Shown here: positions 30,040 to 40,661 of the stretch, piece by piece
Numbering within the stretch: position 1 is the first letter of the stretch
Layout: each line of letters begins with the position of its first letter
NCBI GenBank assembly: GCA_036516155.1
Contig: DATBUK010000025.1
Coordinates: 3,991-67,990 of the forward strand
Direction: 5' to 3'
DNA from: Yaniella sp.
GTDB taxonomy: Bacteria; Actinomycetota; Actinomycetes; Actinomycetales; Micrococcaceae
Length of the DNA: 64,000 nucleotides
Translations under genes and position numbers: made by a program
The notes under the pieces: generated by a model
Told to the model about the DNA's origin: nothing
Seen by the model: the letters and a program-made list of their open reading frames with translations, nothing else
Database searches by the model: none

Positions 30040-30822
30040 ATGATCGAACTTGAAATTCACGACAATATCGCTGAAGTCACGCTCAACGCGCCACAAAAGA
30101 TGAACGCGTTGGACGAGCAGGCGATCAAAGATCTCGCCCAGGCCTATACCGACGCCGCCGACGCTGGCGTGCGAGCTCTGTTGCTTCGCGGTGAAGGCCG
30201 CGGCTTTAGCGCCGGCCGTGACATCTCAAATGTCGATCCAGCCGACGATGACGCCTACGACTACCTCGGCAAATTGGTCACGCCGGTTCTGAAGCAGATG
30301 GCTGAATTCCCAGCCCCGACATTTGCTGCCGTGCAGGGCGCATGCTTGGGCGTCGGCCTCGGCCTGGCCATCGCGACCGACGTCGTGTATGTCGCAGACG
30401 ATGCAAAAATCGGCTCACCTTTTGCCAACCTTGGCGCCACGCTGGACTCGGGCGGGCACGCGTTGTTCACCGAGCGTCTCGGAGCCCACCGCACACTGGA
30501 CCTGATCTACACCGCTGACTTGATGTCGGGGGCAGAAGCCGTCCAACAGGGCCTGTTCTCCCGTTCCGTACCAAAAGACGAGCTCCTCGAATTTACCCGG
30601 AAAAAGGTCGCGAAGGCCGCCCAGGGTGCCACCGGCGCATTCCTCGCATCGCGCGAACTGGTCGCCCAGATTCGAGATCAGCGCATCGGTCTGTGGGAGT
30701 CGATGGAGCAAGAAAACATCGCTCAGGGCAAGCTGTGCTCGACCGCGGACTACGCTGAAGGATTTGCCGCATTCCAAGAAAAGCGGAAACCAGAATTCAG
30801 CGGTGAACTGTTGAGCAAGTAG
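30040..30822 (+). CDS. paaG: Enoyl-CoA hydratase/isomerase (PaaG-like ring epoxide isomerase)
   Basis: FSAGRD, ACLGVG, catalytic Asp-type LDSGG, AFQEKRKP; follows paaE. Confidence 0.75.
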   Translation: MIELEIHDNIAEVTLNAPQKMNALDEQAIKDLAQAYTDAADAGVRALLLRGEGRGFSAGRDISNVDPADDDAYDYLGKLVTPVLKQMAEFPAPTFAAVQGACLGVGLGLAIATDVVYVADDAKIGSPFANLGATLDSGGHALFTERLGAHRTLDLIYTADLMSGAEAVQQGLFSRSVPKDELLEFTRKKVAKAAQGATGAFLASRELVAQIRDQRIGLWESMEQENIAQGKLCSTADYAEGFAAFQEKRKPEFSGELLSK

Positions 30823-30943
30823 CCGGGCAGACAGTTTCGGCACCTCATGAACTTCAGCTGGCTGTGGTCGCAGGACGGCAGCCAGCTTCCGTTCGTCACT
30901 ACACTTATTAAATGTTGTTTCAGAGTTTTATTGAAGGAGCTAC

Positions 30944-32164
30944 GTGGTAGCAGAAGCATTCTTAGTCTCGGGCAAACGCACTCCAGTTGGTCGGCACAGT
31001 GGAGCGCTCAGCTCGGTGCGACCAGATGATCTGGCCGCGCTGACCATCAAAGCCGTCCTGGAGGATACCGGGATTGATCCTGCTGACGTGGACGAGGTGC
31101 TGTTAGGTAACGCCAATGGTGCCGGTGAAGAAAACCGCAACGTGGCCCGCATGGCCTGGCTGTTGGCCGGCGGCGACGAATCAGTCCCGGCGATGACCAT
31201 CAACCGGTTGTGCGCATCCGGGATGTCGGCCATCGAGACCGCCTCTCGGATGGTGGCGACCGGCGATGCCGATATCGTCATCGCCGGTGGTGTCGAATCC
31301 ATGTCGCGTGCTCCATGGGTACTAGAAAAGCCCACCCGCGCGTTCGGTCAGCCAGGTGAGATGTTTGACTCAGCCCTTGGTTGGCGTTTCGTCAACCCGC
31401 GCTTTGAATACGGCGGGGATCTGTCCCGCGATGGGAAAATGACCTACGGTATGACCGAAACCGCCCAAGAGGTCGCCAACGTCGACGGTATTACCCGTGA
31501 CGAAGCCGACGAATTCGCGGTCAACTCCCAGGCCAAAGCCGTAGCCGCTCAGGAAGCCGGCCGGTTTGATTCCGAAATCGTCCCGGTGGAAGTCAAGGAC
31601 CGTAAAGGCAACGTCACCGTCGTGGATCAGGATGAAGGTCCTCGCCCCGGCACGACCGTTGAAACCCTGGCGAAGCTGCGCCCAGTCACCAAACTCGGTG
31701 ACGTCGTCACCGCTGGCAACTCGTCGAGCCTCAACGATGGCGCCTCCGCAATTGTGGTTGCCTCCCAGGCAGCGATCGACAAGTACAACCTGACTCCGCG
31801 GGCGCGCATTGTGGCCGGTGGCTCAGCCGGACTGGCCCCAGAAGTCATGGGTCTCGGCCCGGTCCCAGCAACCGAAAAGGTCCTGGACAAAGCCGGCTGG
31901 ACCGTTGATGACCTCGATGCCGCTGAAATTAATGAAGCGTTTGCCACCCAGTCGCTGGCATCGATCCGTCGACTGGGCCTGAACCCGGACATCGTCAATG
32001 CCTGGGGCGGCGCGATTGCATTGGGCCACCCACTGGGGTCCTCCGGTTCACGCATCGTGATCACCTTGTTGTCCCGCCTGGAAGCCGAAGAGCAATCTCG
32101 CGGACTGGCCACCATGTGTGTTGGTGTCGGCCAGGGTGCAGCAATGCTGGTCGAACGCGTCTAA
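30944..32164 (+). CDS. paaJ: Thiolase (3-oxoadipyl-CoA/3-oxo-5,6-dehydrosuberyl-CoA thiolase)
   Basis: NRLCASG, INEAFA, GGAIALGHPLG, MCVGVGQG. Confidence 0.85.
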   Translation: MVAEAFLVSGKRTPVGRHSGALSSVRPDDLAALTIKAVLEDTGIDPADVDEVLLGNANGAGEENRNVARMAWLLAGGDESVPAMTINRLCASGMSAIETASRMVATGDADIVIAGGVESMSRAPWVLEKPTRAFGQPGEMFDSALGWRFVNPRFEYGGDLSRDGKMTYGMTETAQEVANVDGITRDEADEFAVNSQAKAVAAQEAGRFDSEIVPVEVKDRKGNVTVVDQDEGPRPGTTVETLAKLRPVTKLGDVVTAGNSSSLNDGASAIVVASQAAIDKYNLTPRARIVAGGSAGLAPEVMGLGPVPATEKVLDKAGWTVDDLDAAEINEAFATQSLASIRRLGLNPDIVNAWGGAIALGHPLGSSGSRIVITLLSRLEAEEQSRGLATMCVGVGQGAAMLVERV

Positions 32165-32195
32165 TAAGCCCACCGCATTTCGTATGAGGAGCAAC

Positions 32196-33056
32196 ATGGT
32201 AAACACTAGCCTTCCATCAATTGTTGGCGTGCTCGGCGGAGGTCGTATGGGCGCCGGGATCGCCCACGCGTTTCTCACCTCGGGCGCAGAAGTCGTCGTC
32301 GTAGAACGCGACGACGAATCAGCCGCAGCAGCCCGTGAACGGGTCCTGCGCGATGTCAGCGGATCCGTAGAACGTGGCAAAGTTGACGGCAGTGTCGACG
32401 ACTACGCCGCGAAACTTACCGTCACGACCGAACACAGCGACTTTGCCAACGCCGGACTGGTCATTGAAGCCGTACCCGAAGATTTCGATTTGAAGGTCTC
32501 ATCCCTGCAAGCTGTCGAAGCACATTTGGGCGACGACGCCTACCTGGCGAGCAACACCTCCTCAATGTCTATCAATGGTCTGGCCGAGAAACTCCAGCGC
32601 CCGCAGAATTTCTGTGGCCTACACTTCTTCAACCCGGTCCCAGCTTCGAAGCTGGTCGAGGTCGTCATCGGGACACAGACCTCGCAACAGCTCAAAGCGG
32701 GCACCGCACAGTGGGTTGAAGGCATCGGCAAGACCGCCGTGACTGTCAATGATGCCCCCGGCTTTGCCTCATCGCGTCTTGGCGTGGCCCTGGGCCTGGA
32801 AGCTATCCGCATGGTCGAAGAAGGTGTTGCCTCGGCCGAGGACATCGATAATGCGATGGTACTGGGCTATAAGCACCCGATCGGCCCGCTGGCACTGACC
32901 GATATCGTCGGACTCGACGTGCGCCTTGGCATCGCCGAATACCTCGAGGAAAAACTCGGACCCCGGTTCGCACCACCACAGCTGATGCGCGACATGGTCG
33001 AACGCGGTGAACTTGGCCGCAAGTCGGGTAAGGGCTTCTACACCTACGACGACTAA
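32196..33056 (+). CDS. paaH: 3-hydroxyacyl-CoA dehydrogenase
   Basis: GGGRMGAGIA, IEAVPE, SNTSS, GLHFFNP, VGLDV. Confidence 0.85.
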   Translation: MVNTSLPSIVGVLGGGRMGAGIAHAFLTSGAEVVVVERDDESAAAARERVLRDVSGSVERGKVDGSVDDYAAKLTVTTEHSDFANAGLVIEAVPEDFDLKVSSLQAVEAHLGDDAYLASNTSSMSINGLAEKLQRPQNFCGLHFFNPVPASKLVEVVIGTQTSQQLKAGTAQWVEGIGKTAVTVNDAPGFASSRLGVALGLEAIRMVEEGVASAEDIDNAMVLGYKHPIGPLALTDIVGLDVRLGIAEYLEEKLGPRFAPPQLMRDMVERGELGRKSGKGFYTYDD

Positions 33057-33071
33057 GCGAGATATACCTAC

Positions 33072-33120
33072 ACTCAGGGCGTGGTTTCTTGGTCGTTCCG
33101 ACCGAAACCACGCCCTGAGT
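33072..33120. terminator. Bidirectional hairpin between convergent paaH and SDR
   Basis: 17-bp stem ACTCAGGGCGTGGTTTC/GAAACCACGCCCTGAGT with inner GGTCG/CGACC. Confidence 0.75.
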
Positions 33121-33147
33121 TGTTAAGTACGGCTCTTGAACCTCGGG

Positions 33148-33925
33148 TTATCGATACACAATACCGCCGTCGGTCAGGATCGCCTGGCCGGTAATGTAGT
33201 TCGCGTCTTCCGAAGCAAGAAACGCGACCAGGTTCGCCACGTCCGCTGGTTGCTGCGTGCGACCCAACGAAATAGACGAAGCGTATTGTTCTAGCGCTTC
33301 ACCTTTTTCAGTGCCAAGCACTTCCATGAATTTCTCATCCAACCGATCCCACATGCCGGTCGCAGCAATTCCCGGACAGTACGCATTGACGGTGATGTTA
33401 TCTTTCGCTAATTCCTTCGATGCGGTTTGGGTCAGTCCACGGACCGCAAACTTCGAAGCACTGTAGGTTGCGAGGAAATCGAACCCCTCGTGACCGGCCA
33501 TACTTGAGGCATTGATGATCGTTCCGCCGTGTCCCTGTTTTCGCATTTGCTTCGCTGCGGCCTGGATCCCGAACAACACGCCCTTCACGTTGACGTCAAA
33601 TACGAAATCCATATTTTGGCGTTGATCTTTTCGATCTCTTCAACTTCGCCTTCAACTCCGGCGTTGTTGATGTACACGTCGACCTTGCCGAAAGTATCGA
33701 CAGCATGTTGGATGAGCGCCTCATGGTCTTCGGGTTTCGTGACATCCGCGACCTTTGAACTGACTTCAAAGTTCTTGTCTTTAACTCGGCGTACGTCTCG
33801 TTCAAGACTTCATCATTGAGGTCGCTCACCACAACGCCATACCCCTGGTGGCAGAGTTTTTCGGCAATACCTTTCCCTAGACCTTGGGCGGAACCGGTAA
33901 TGATTGCAACTCGATCGACTGTCAT
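33148..33925 (-). pseudogene. Acetoin(diacetyl) reductase / 2,3-butanediol dehydrogenase-like SDR broken by two 1-nt deletions (pseudogene or sequencing error)
   Basis: TGSAQGLG in frame 1, VADVTK...INNAG in frame 2, YSASK and CPG in frame 3; shifts at about 33782 and 33615. Confidence 0.8.
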
Positions 33926-33985
33926 TTTCTGCACCTCTACAAAAACTCTACGGGGCGGTATCTTCGGAGACAATGGAGCGAACAT

Positions 33986-34026
33986 GCTGAATCCCGGTCT
34001 CCGACTGTCGGAAACCGGGATTTAGC
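33986..34026. terminator. Hairpin downstream of the NCS2 permease
   Basis: GCTGAATCCCGGTCTCCGAC / GTCGGAAACCGGGATTTAGC. Confidence 0.65.
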
Positions 34027-34040
34027 AGCCCAGCGGGCGG

Positions 34041-35639
34041 TTACTTTCGCGGTCGGGCTTCGTCAGATGCGGAGGCCGATTCGTCTTTGAGGACGACCTG
34101 GACGAGCTCCTGGGTTGAGGTCACCTCACCGTGTTCGATGCGTTCGCGAATGTCTGCGACCTTTTCGTCTGGGACGACGGGGACTTCCTCTCCGTCGCAG
34201 TCTACGAGTTTGCCGTCAATGAAGACGTCCCCATCTTCCAGATCTGCCAGCTGGCTCTTGGTCAGGAAGCGGATCGGTTTGGCAGCAAAGACCGATGGGT
34301 CTGGAGAGTTCCCGATCTTGAGCTCGTTGAACACAATGTTGAGGACCACCGCGACGATAGCCGCCGAGGAAATGCCGGATTCGAAAATGGTTTCGATCCA
34401 GGATGGGAAGTTGTGATAAAACTCAGGTTGGACCACGGGGATCATGCCGAAGGCTAGCGCGGCAGCAACAATGATCAGGTTCATGTTGCCGTCGTATTTG
34501 ACCGTAGACAGGTTACGAATACCAGACGCTGCGACAGTGCCGAAGAGCACGATGCCTGCACCACCAAGAACCGGCATCGGGATAGCCGCCACGATTTGTC
34601 CCAACCATGGGATCAGCCCAAGGGCCACCATGATGCCGCCGCCGGCCGTGACGACCCAGCGTGATTTCACGCCCGACAGGGCCACGAGTCCGACGTTCTG
34701 TGCGAACGCTGATTGCGTGAAGGAACCGAAGATCGGTGCGATGGCAGATGAGAGCATATCGGCCCGGAGTCCGTCAGCAATGCGACGTGAATCGACTGGA
34801 GTACCAATGATCTCGCCGACCGCGATGATATCTGCAGTCGTTTCGGTCTTGATCACCAGGATCACAATGATCATCGAAATAATGGCGGCGATATCGAAGG
34901 TCGGCAGACCAAACTCGAAGACCATTGGGAATGCGACCGGGGAGCCTGAACCCACCGCACTAAAGTCAGCCTGACCGAGGAAGAAGGCGATCAGCGTCCC
35001 AGCGATTAGGCCCAACAGGATCGAAAGCCGTGAGAGTGCGGCAACGCCGACCTTCGAGAAGATCATGATGATCACAAACGTCATCACGGCCAGGCTGATG
35101 TTCATCACCGAACCATAGTCATCGGCGTCTGCGTTCCCGCCCATGGCCCAATTCGCGGCGACAGGAAAGAGTGTCAGACCAATAGCGGTAATCACGGTAC
35201 CGGTGACCACTGGCGGGAAGAACCGGATGATTTTCGCAAAGAATGGCGCAATGAGGAAGCCAATAATACTGGCGACAATGATCGCACCGAAAACATCGGT
35301 CAGTGAGCCGTTACCCGACAGGATCGCAAGCATCGTCGCGACCGCAGCGAAGGAGACCCCTTGCACCAGCGGCAATCGGGACCCCAAGAATGGCAGCCCT
35401 GCTGACTGCAGCACGGTTGCGAGTCCACCAACAAATAAACTTGCGGTCACGAGCGTGGCGATCTGATCGGCCGAGAGCCCCGCCGCATTGCCGATGATCA
35501 GCGGTACTGCGAGGATGCCACCGTACATCGTCAGGATGTGCTGCAAACCAAAGGCTACCGTTTTACCAAACGGCAGTTTTTCATTTTCCGGCGCATCTGG
35601 ATTTCGGACGTAATCGGGTTTTAGTAAGCGAGATTTCAA
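34041..35639 (-). CDS. Nucleobase:cation symporter-2 (uric acid/xanthine permease)
   Basis: GLQH, PPVVTG, ETTAD, FAQNVGLVALSG NCS2 signature; purine catabolic context. Confidence 0.92.
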   Translation of the reverse strand: MKSRLLKPDYVRNPDAPENEKLPFGKTVAFGLQHILTMYGGILAVPLIIGNAAGLSADQIATLVTASLFVGGLATVLQSAGLPFLGSRLPLVQGVSFAAVATMLAILSGNGSLTDVFGAIIVASIIGFLIAPFFAKIIRFFPPVVTGTVITAIGLTLFPVAANWAMGGNADADDYGSVMNISLAVMTFVIIMIFSKVGVAALSRLSILLGLIAGTLIAFFLGQADFSAVGSGSPVAFPMVFEFGLPTFDIAAIISMIIVILVIKTETTADIIAVGEIIGTPVDSRRIADGLRADMLSSAIAPIFGSFTQSAFAQNVGLVALSGVKSRWVVTAGGGIMVALGLIPWLGQIVAAIPMPVLGGAGIVLFGTVAASGIRNLSTVKYDGNMNLIIVAAALAFGMIPVVQPEFYHNFPSWIETIFESGISSAAIVAVVLNIVFNELKIGNSPDPSVFAAKPIRFLTKSQLADLEDGDVFIDGKLVDCDGEEVPVVPDEKVADIRERIEHGEVTSTQELVQVVLKDESASASDEARPRK

Positions 35640-35680
35640 GACGTCCCCATTCTCTGGGATTGATGCAACTGGTGATGAGC

Positions 35681-35716
35681 TTTCACAGTGCGAAATTGTG
35701 GTTCCGAAAGGTATTC
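35681..35716. promoter_or_regulatory. Tandem IclR/AllR-type operator upstream of the permease
   Basis: TTTCACAGTGCGAAA-6nt-TTCCGAAAGGTATTC (second half degenerate); minus-strand TTGACA at 35744-35749 and TACTGT at 35719-35724. Confidence 0.55.
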
Positions 35717-35768
35717 ATACAGTAAGCCAGTTCACATCGCGGCTGTCAAGGGTTTGTTGAGGAAATGT

Positions 35769-35837
35769 TTGACATAGATCACACTTCGCCCTACACTTTA
35801 ATTTCACGAAGCAAAATATAACTTCCACAATATGAAA
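35769..35837 (+). promoter_or_regulatory. hyi operon promoter (TTGACA-17-TACACT) plus tandem operator at 35802-35837
   Basis: TTTCACGAAGCAAAA-TATAAC-TTCCACAATATGAAA immediately after the -10 box. Confidence 0.72.
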
Positions 35838-35847
35838 TTAGGGGTAT

Positions 35848-36699
35848 GTGGTGACCGAAACTTATCCGACCACTCAACAAGTTGATCCCTCGGCTGCAGA
35901 CTATGTGTTGAATTGCTCGACGCTGCTCACCGAACTGCCGCTCCTTGAGCGGCCCGCTGCCGCCCGCGCGCTCGGGTTTACCGAAGTGGAATTTTGGTGG
36001 CCATTTGATGGCCAGCCAGTGCCGAGCGACAAAGATGTCGATGCGTTCGTCAAATCGATTGACGAGGCCGGCGTGCGCCTGGTCGGGCTGAACTTCTGGG
36101 CCGGGACCATGGCAGACGGCGATCGCGGCCGAATCTCAACGTTCGGGGAAAGTACCGCATTCCGCGAAAACTGCGCAGTCGTGGCCTCGATCGGTGAACG
36201 CACCGGGTGCACCTCCTTCAACGCGCTGTACGGTCTACGCCAACCGGAGGTAACTCCCGAAGAGCAACAAAGTGTCGCCGTGCAGAATCTGATCATCGCA
36301 GCTGACACTGTGGCTCCGATCGGTGGGACCGTCTTGGTCGAACCGGTCTCGGGTGCCGAAGGGTACCCGCTGTTGACCGCAGCAGACGCCCTTGAGGTCA
36401 TCGACCAGGTTCAACAGGGTGTCGATGACACGCGATCGGCGCAAAACATCGCACTGCTGGCTGACTTCTATCACCTCGCCGTCAACGGCGATGACGTGGC
36501 AGCGGTCATTGAGGCGCACACCGATCGCATCGGACACATTCAAATTGCCGATAACCCGGGACGTGGCGCGCCAGGGACCGGCGAGCTGCCGCTCTTTGCA
36601 TGGATTGCCCGAGCTCGCGAGCTCGGCTACACCGGCAAGATCGCGCTGGAATACAAGCAAGATCAAACCACTGCATTTGACTGGCTGCGCCAAGACTAA
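35848..36699 (+). CDS. hyi: Hydroxypyruvate isomerase
   Basis: GFTEVEFWWP, LVEP, DFYH, GHIQIADNPGRGAPGTG, LEY. Confidence 0.9.
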   Translation: MVTETYPTTQQVDPSAADYVLNCSTLLTELPLLERPAAARALGFTEVEFWWPFDGQPVPSDKDVDAFVKSIDEAGVRLVGLNFWAGTMADGDRGRISTFGESTAFRENCAVVASIGERTGCTSFNALYGLRQPEVTPEEQQSVAVQNLIIAADTVAPIGGTVLVEPVSGAEGYPLLTAADALEVIDQVQQGVDDTRSAQNIALLADFYHLAVNGDDVAAVIEAHTDRIGHIQIADNPGRGAPGTGELPLFAWIARARELGYTGKIALEYKQDQTTAFDWLRQD

Positions 36700-36745
36700 G
36701 CCAGCCCCTCGCACACCTGAACGATAGTGAATCAAGGATGTTGAT

Positions 36746-37636
36746 ATGACACAGCAGAAAATCGCGTTTATTGGACTGGGGATCATGGGGCTGCCCATGG
36801 CCAAAAACCTCGTGACCGCCGGATATGACGTCACGGGATACAACCGCTCCCCACAAAAGGCCGAAGACCTCGCGGCGGTAGGTGGTACCGCTGCCGGATC
36901 AATTCGTGAAGCCGTCCAGCACGCCGACGTCGTTATCACGATGTTGCCTGACTCGCCCGATGTCTCCAACGTCGTGACCGGTCCAGAGGGCGTCTTCGTG
37001 AATGCTCAAGCCGGGGCGTACTGGATCGATCATTCGACCATCCGTCCCGATGTCGCGACCCAATTAGCAAAAGAAGCCACCGCGTGTGGCCTCAAAGCCC
37101 TGGACGCACCGGTATCGGGCGGCGAACAGGGCGCCATTGATGCAGCCCTTTCCATCATGGTCGGCGGGGCCCAAGACGATTTCGACGCCGTGGCACCGAT
37201 CTTCCGAGCAGTTGGCAAAACGATTGTTCGTGTCGGACCCTCGGGTTCGGGCCAAACGGTAAAAGCCGCAAACCAGCTCATGGTCGCAGGCAACATTCAA
37301 CTGCTTGCCGAGGCCGTCGTGTTCCTAGAAGCCTACGGGGTAGACACCACCTCGGCACTTGAGGTGCTTGGCGGTGGGCTGGCCGGTTCGAAAGTGCTGG
37401 AGCAAAAGGGCCAGAAAATGCTGGATCGTGAATTCAGTCCCGGCTTCCGCCTGGAACTGCACCATAAAGACATGGGGATCGTCACCTCCGCGGCACGTGA
37501 AGCCGGGGTTCACATTCCGATCGGTGCAGCAGTGGCACAACTCGTCGGCGCAATGGTGCAACGGGGCGATGGTGGCCTCGACCATTCGGGACTCTTCCGC
37601 CTGGTGGAGGCGCTGTCTGAGCGCCAAGACCATTGA
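36746..37636 (+). CDS. glxR: 2-hydroxy-3-oxopropionate (tartronate semialdehyde) reductase
   Basis: FIGLGIMGLPMA, DAPVSGG, GQTVKAANQ, LHHKD; next to gcl. Confidence 0.9.
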   Translation: MTQQKIAFIGLGIMGLPMAKNLVTAGYDVTGYNRSPQKAEDLAAVGGTAAGSIREAVQHADVVITMLPDSPDVSNVVTGPEGVFVNAQAGAYWIDHSTIRPDVATQLAKEATACGLKALDAPVSGGEQGAIDAALSIMVGGAQDDFDAVAPIFRAVGKTIVRVGPSGSGQTVKAANQLMVAGNIQLLAEAVVFLEAYGVDTTSALEVLGGGLAGSKVLEQKGQKMLDREFSPGFRLELHHKDMGIVTSAAREAGVHIPIGAAVAQLVGAMVQRGDGGLDHSGLFRLVEALSERQDH

Positions 37637-37666
37637 CCTTTCAACGCATTTCTCAAGGAGACTGAC

Positions 37667-39448
37667 ATGACGACCATGCGTACCGTCGATGCCATCGCAC
37701 TCATTTTAGAAAAAGAAGGTGCCACCGAGACTTTTGGTCTGCCAGGTGCCGCCATCAATCCACTGTATTCGGCAATGAAAGCCCACGGCGGTATCCGCCA
37801 TACACTAGCCAGACACGTCGAAGGTGCGTCACACATGGCCGACGGATACAGCCGAGCCGCAGCCGGTAATATCGGCGTGTGCATTGGGACGTCGGGTCCG
37901 GCGGGTACCGATATGATCACGGGCATGTATGCTGCAGCAGCAGACTCGATTCCGATGCTGTGTATTACGGGCCAAGCCCCCGTGGCTGTGTTGCATAAAG
38001 AGGACTTCCAGGCCATCAACATCGATGAGATCGCCAAGCCGCTGTGCAAAATGGCGACCACCGTCCTGGAACCAGGCCAGGTCCCGGGGACCCTGCAAAA
38101 AGCGTTCCAACTGATGCGCTCCTCCCGCCCCGGCCCGGTCCTGGTCGATTTGCCGCTAGACGTCCAACTGGCCGAGATCGATTTCGGCATCGACACCTAC
38201 GAACCACTGCCGGTGCTCAAACCTGCGACCACCCCGGCGCAGGCCGACAAAGTCCTGGACATGCTGTTTGCCCACGAACGTCCAATCATTGTGGCTGGCG
38301 GCGGGATCATCAATGCGGATGCCCATCAAGAGCTCGTAGAACTTGCTGAACTATTAGATATCCCCGTGGTCCCAACCCTGATGGGTTGGGGCACGCTCCC
38401 AGATGACCACCCGTTGATGGCGGGCATGGTCGGGATCCAAACCCACACGCGCTATGGCAACGCGAACTTCCTAGACGCAGACATCGTACTGGGGATCGGC
38501 AACCGGTGGGCGAACCGTCATACCGGCGATCTGGAGACCTATCGCAAAGGTCGGAAGTTTATTCACATCGATATTGAGCCCACCCAGATCGGACGGGTCT
38601 TTGCACCGGACTACAGTGTGGTCTCCGATGCCAAGCACGCCCTGGAAGCCCTACTCGAGGCCGCACGCGCTCGCAGTATCCCGGACTATTCGGCGTGGTC
38701 GACCCGGTGTAGTGCTCGCAAAGGACAGCTCCAACGCAAAACACACTACACTGACAAGCCGATCAAACCGCAGCGGGTCTATCAAGAAATGAACCGCGCA
38801 TTCGATCGCGAGACCACCTACGTCACGACCATTGGACTCAGCCAGATCGCCGGAGCACAAATGCTGCACACGTATGCGCCACGCAACTGGATCAACGCCG
38901 GCCAAGCAGGGCCACTGGGGTGGACTGGACCGGCCGCACTGGGCGTGGTCCGAGCCAGACCTGAACAGACCGTGGTGGCGCTTTCCGGTGACTACGACTT
39001 CCAGTTCATGATTGAGGAACTCGCCGTCGGAGCACAACATCACCTCCCATATATCCACGTCGTGGTTAATAACTCCTACCTGGGGCTCATCCGGCAGTCG
39101 CAGCGTGCCTTCGACATGGATTTCGAAGTCTCCCTGGCCTTTGAAAACATCAACGCAACACCCGACGCGCATGAAAGCGGTTACTCCGGATACGGGGTCG
39201 ACCACCTCAAAGTGGCCGAAGGACTCGGCTGTAAAGCACTGCGTGTCGAAGACCCAGAAGACCTCAGCGCAGCCTTCGAACATGCACAGGAGCTCATGGC
39301 AGAACACCGCGTGCCCGTGGTCGTGGAAGTCGTCCTGGAACGGGTCACGAACATTCCCATGGGGACCGCGCTGGACAACATCCAGGAGTTTGGTGACCTG
39401 GCCATCAGCGTTGACGATGCACCCACCGCGTTGATGCTGATGGAATAG
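37667..39448 (+). CDS. gcl: Glyoxylate carboligase
   Basis: [31 protein letters not shown], ThDP motif GDYDFQF...NN. Confidence 0.97.
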   Translation: MTTMRTVDAIALILEKEGATETFGLPGAAINPLYSAMKAHGGIRHTLARHVEGASHMADGYSRAAAGNIGVCIGTSGPAGTDMITGMYAAAADSIPMLCITGQAPVAVLHKEDFQAINIDEIAKPLCKMATTVLEPGQVPGTLQKAFQLMRSSRPGPVLVDLPLDVQLAEIDFGIDTYEPLPVLKPATTPAQADKVLDMLFAHERPIIVAGGGIINADAHQELVELAELLDIPVVPTLMGWGTLPDDHPLMAGMVGIQTHTRYGNANFLDADIVLGIGNRWANRHTGDLETYRKGRKFIHIDIEPTQIGRVFAPDYSVVSDAKHALEALLEAARARSIPDYSAWSTRCSARKGQLQRKTHYTDKPIKPQRVYQEMNRAFDRETTYVTTIGLSQIAGAQMLHTYAPRNWINAGQAGPLGWTGPAALGVVRARPEQTVVALSGDYDFQFMIEELAVGAQHHLPYIHVVVNNSYLGLIRQSQRAFDMDFEVSLAFENINATPDAHESGYSGYGVDHLKVAEGLGCKALRVEDPEDLSAAFEHAQELMAEHRVPVVVEVVLERVTNIPMGTALDNIQEFGDLAISVDDAPTALMLME

Positions 39449-39449
39449 C

Positions 39450-40637
39450 ATGTCCGCACCGTTGGGTACCGGGAGCATTTTGATCGCCCCGGATAAGTTC
39501 AAAGGGTCCTTGACCGCAGGCCAAGTTGCCCAAGCCATCGCAACCGGCCTGCGGCGGGTCCTCACCACGGTTGACCTTCGATGCCTTCCCGTCGCCGATG
39601 GGGGAGAAGGCACCGTGGACGCCGCGCTCGCAGCGGGATTTCAACGACGCCAGACCGAGGTAAGCGGTCCCCTCTCGAAACCGGTGACCGCGTCCTGGGC
39701 GTGGCGGGACCATCGTGGGCGTCGCGAAGCCGTCGTTGAACTGGCTCAAGCATCGGGGATCGAGTTGATCCAACCAGACCGGACTACTGGGCGTGCCGCG
39801 ACGAGTCGTGGGACCGGTGAGTTGCTGCAGGCCGCCCTTGAGGCCGGTGCCCAGCGCATCATCCTCGGGCTCGGAGGCTCGGCCTGTACTGATGCCGGAG
39901 CCGGTATGCTTGCCGCACTTGGCGTACGACTCGAAGATACCCGGGGACGACCCATCCCAGACGGTGGTAGTGGCCTGGCCAGGGTGCATCACATTGATTG
40001 TTCAGGGCTGGATCCTCGATGGAAGCACACCGAGGTGATGGTCGCCAGTGACGTCGATAACCCGCTGACCGGGCCCAACGGTGCGGCTGCCGTGTTCGGT
40101 CCGCAAAAAGGACTCACGCCTGAAGACGTGACGGCTATCGATCGCGGCATCGGGCACTTCGCCACTGTCTTAGTACAAGCTGCCGAAGCCGAATGGGGCT
40201 CGGCAGCGGGTGCACACGTGGTAGAAAGCACCACGGCGTCGGGGTCGGGCGCCGCCGGTGGTACAAGTTTCGCCGCAATGACCATGCTGGGCGCACAGCG
40301 CCGTCGGGGCGTGGACGTCATCCTGGAATTGACGAACTTTGCTGCCACCCTTGATGGTGTGTCACTCGTCATTACCGGTGAAGGCAGCCTCGATGCCCAA
40401 ACCCTGGCGGGCAAAGCCCCGATCGGCATCGCCCAGGCCGCCGCTGCCCGTGGGATCCCGGTGTTTGCCGTTTGTGGACGAAATCAACTGACCGAAGCAC
40501 AGCTGCAACAAGCCGGCTTTCGTGCCGTCCACGCGCTCAGCAACCTTGAACCAGATCCGGGGGTCTCAATGTCCCAAGCCATGCCGCTGTTAGAGACTGT
40601 TGGTGAGCAGATTGGTGCTACTTTAGTTACAACTTAA
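39450..40637 (+). CDS. glxK: Glycerate kinase
   Basis: APDKFKGSL, ADGGEGT, GLGGSA, FGPQKG, ITGEG, GKAP. Confidence 0.93.
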   Translation: MSAPLGTGSILIAPDKFKGSLTAGQVAQAIATGLRRVLTTVDLRCLPVADGGEGTVDAALAAGFQRRQTEVSGPLSKPVTASWAWRDHRGRREAVVELAQASGIELIQPDRTTGRAATSRGTGELLQAALEAGAQRIILGLGGSACTDAGAGMLAALGVRLEDTRGRPIPDGGSGLARVHHIDCSGLDPRWKHTEVMVASDVDNPLTGPNGAAAVFGPQKGLTPEDVTAIDRGIGHFATVLVQAAEAEWGSAAGAHVVESTTASGSGAAGGTSFAAMTMLGAQRRRGVDVILELTNFAATLDGVSLVITGEGSLDAQTLAGKAPIGIAQAAAARGIPVFAVCGRNQLTEAQLQQAGFRAVHALSNLEPDPGVSMSQAMPLLETVGEQIGATLVTT

Positions 40638-40661
40638 GGCATTCAGAAAGAGAGGGTCGGG

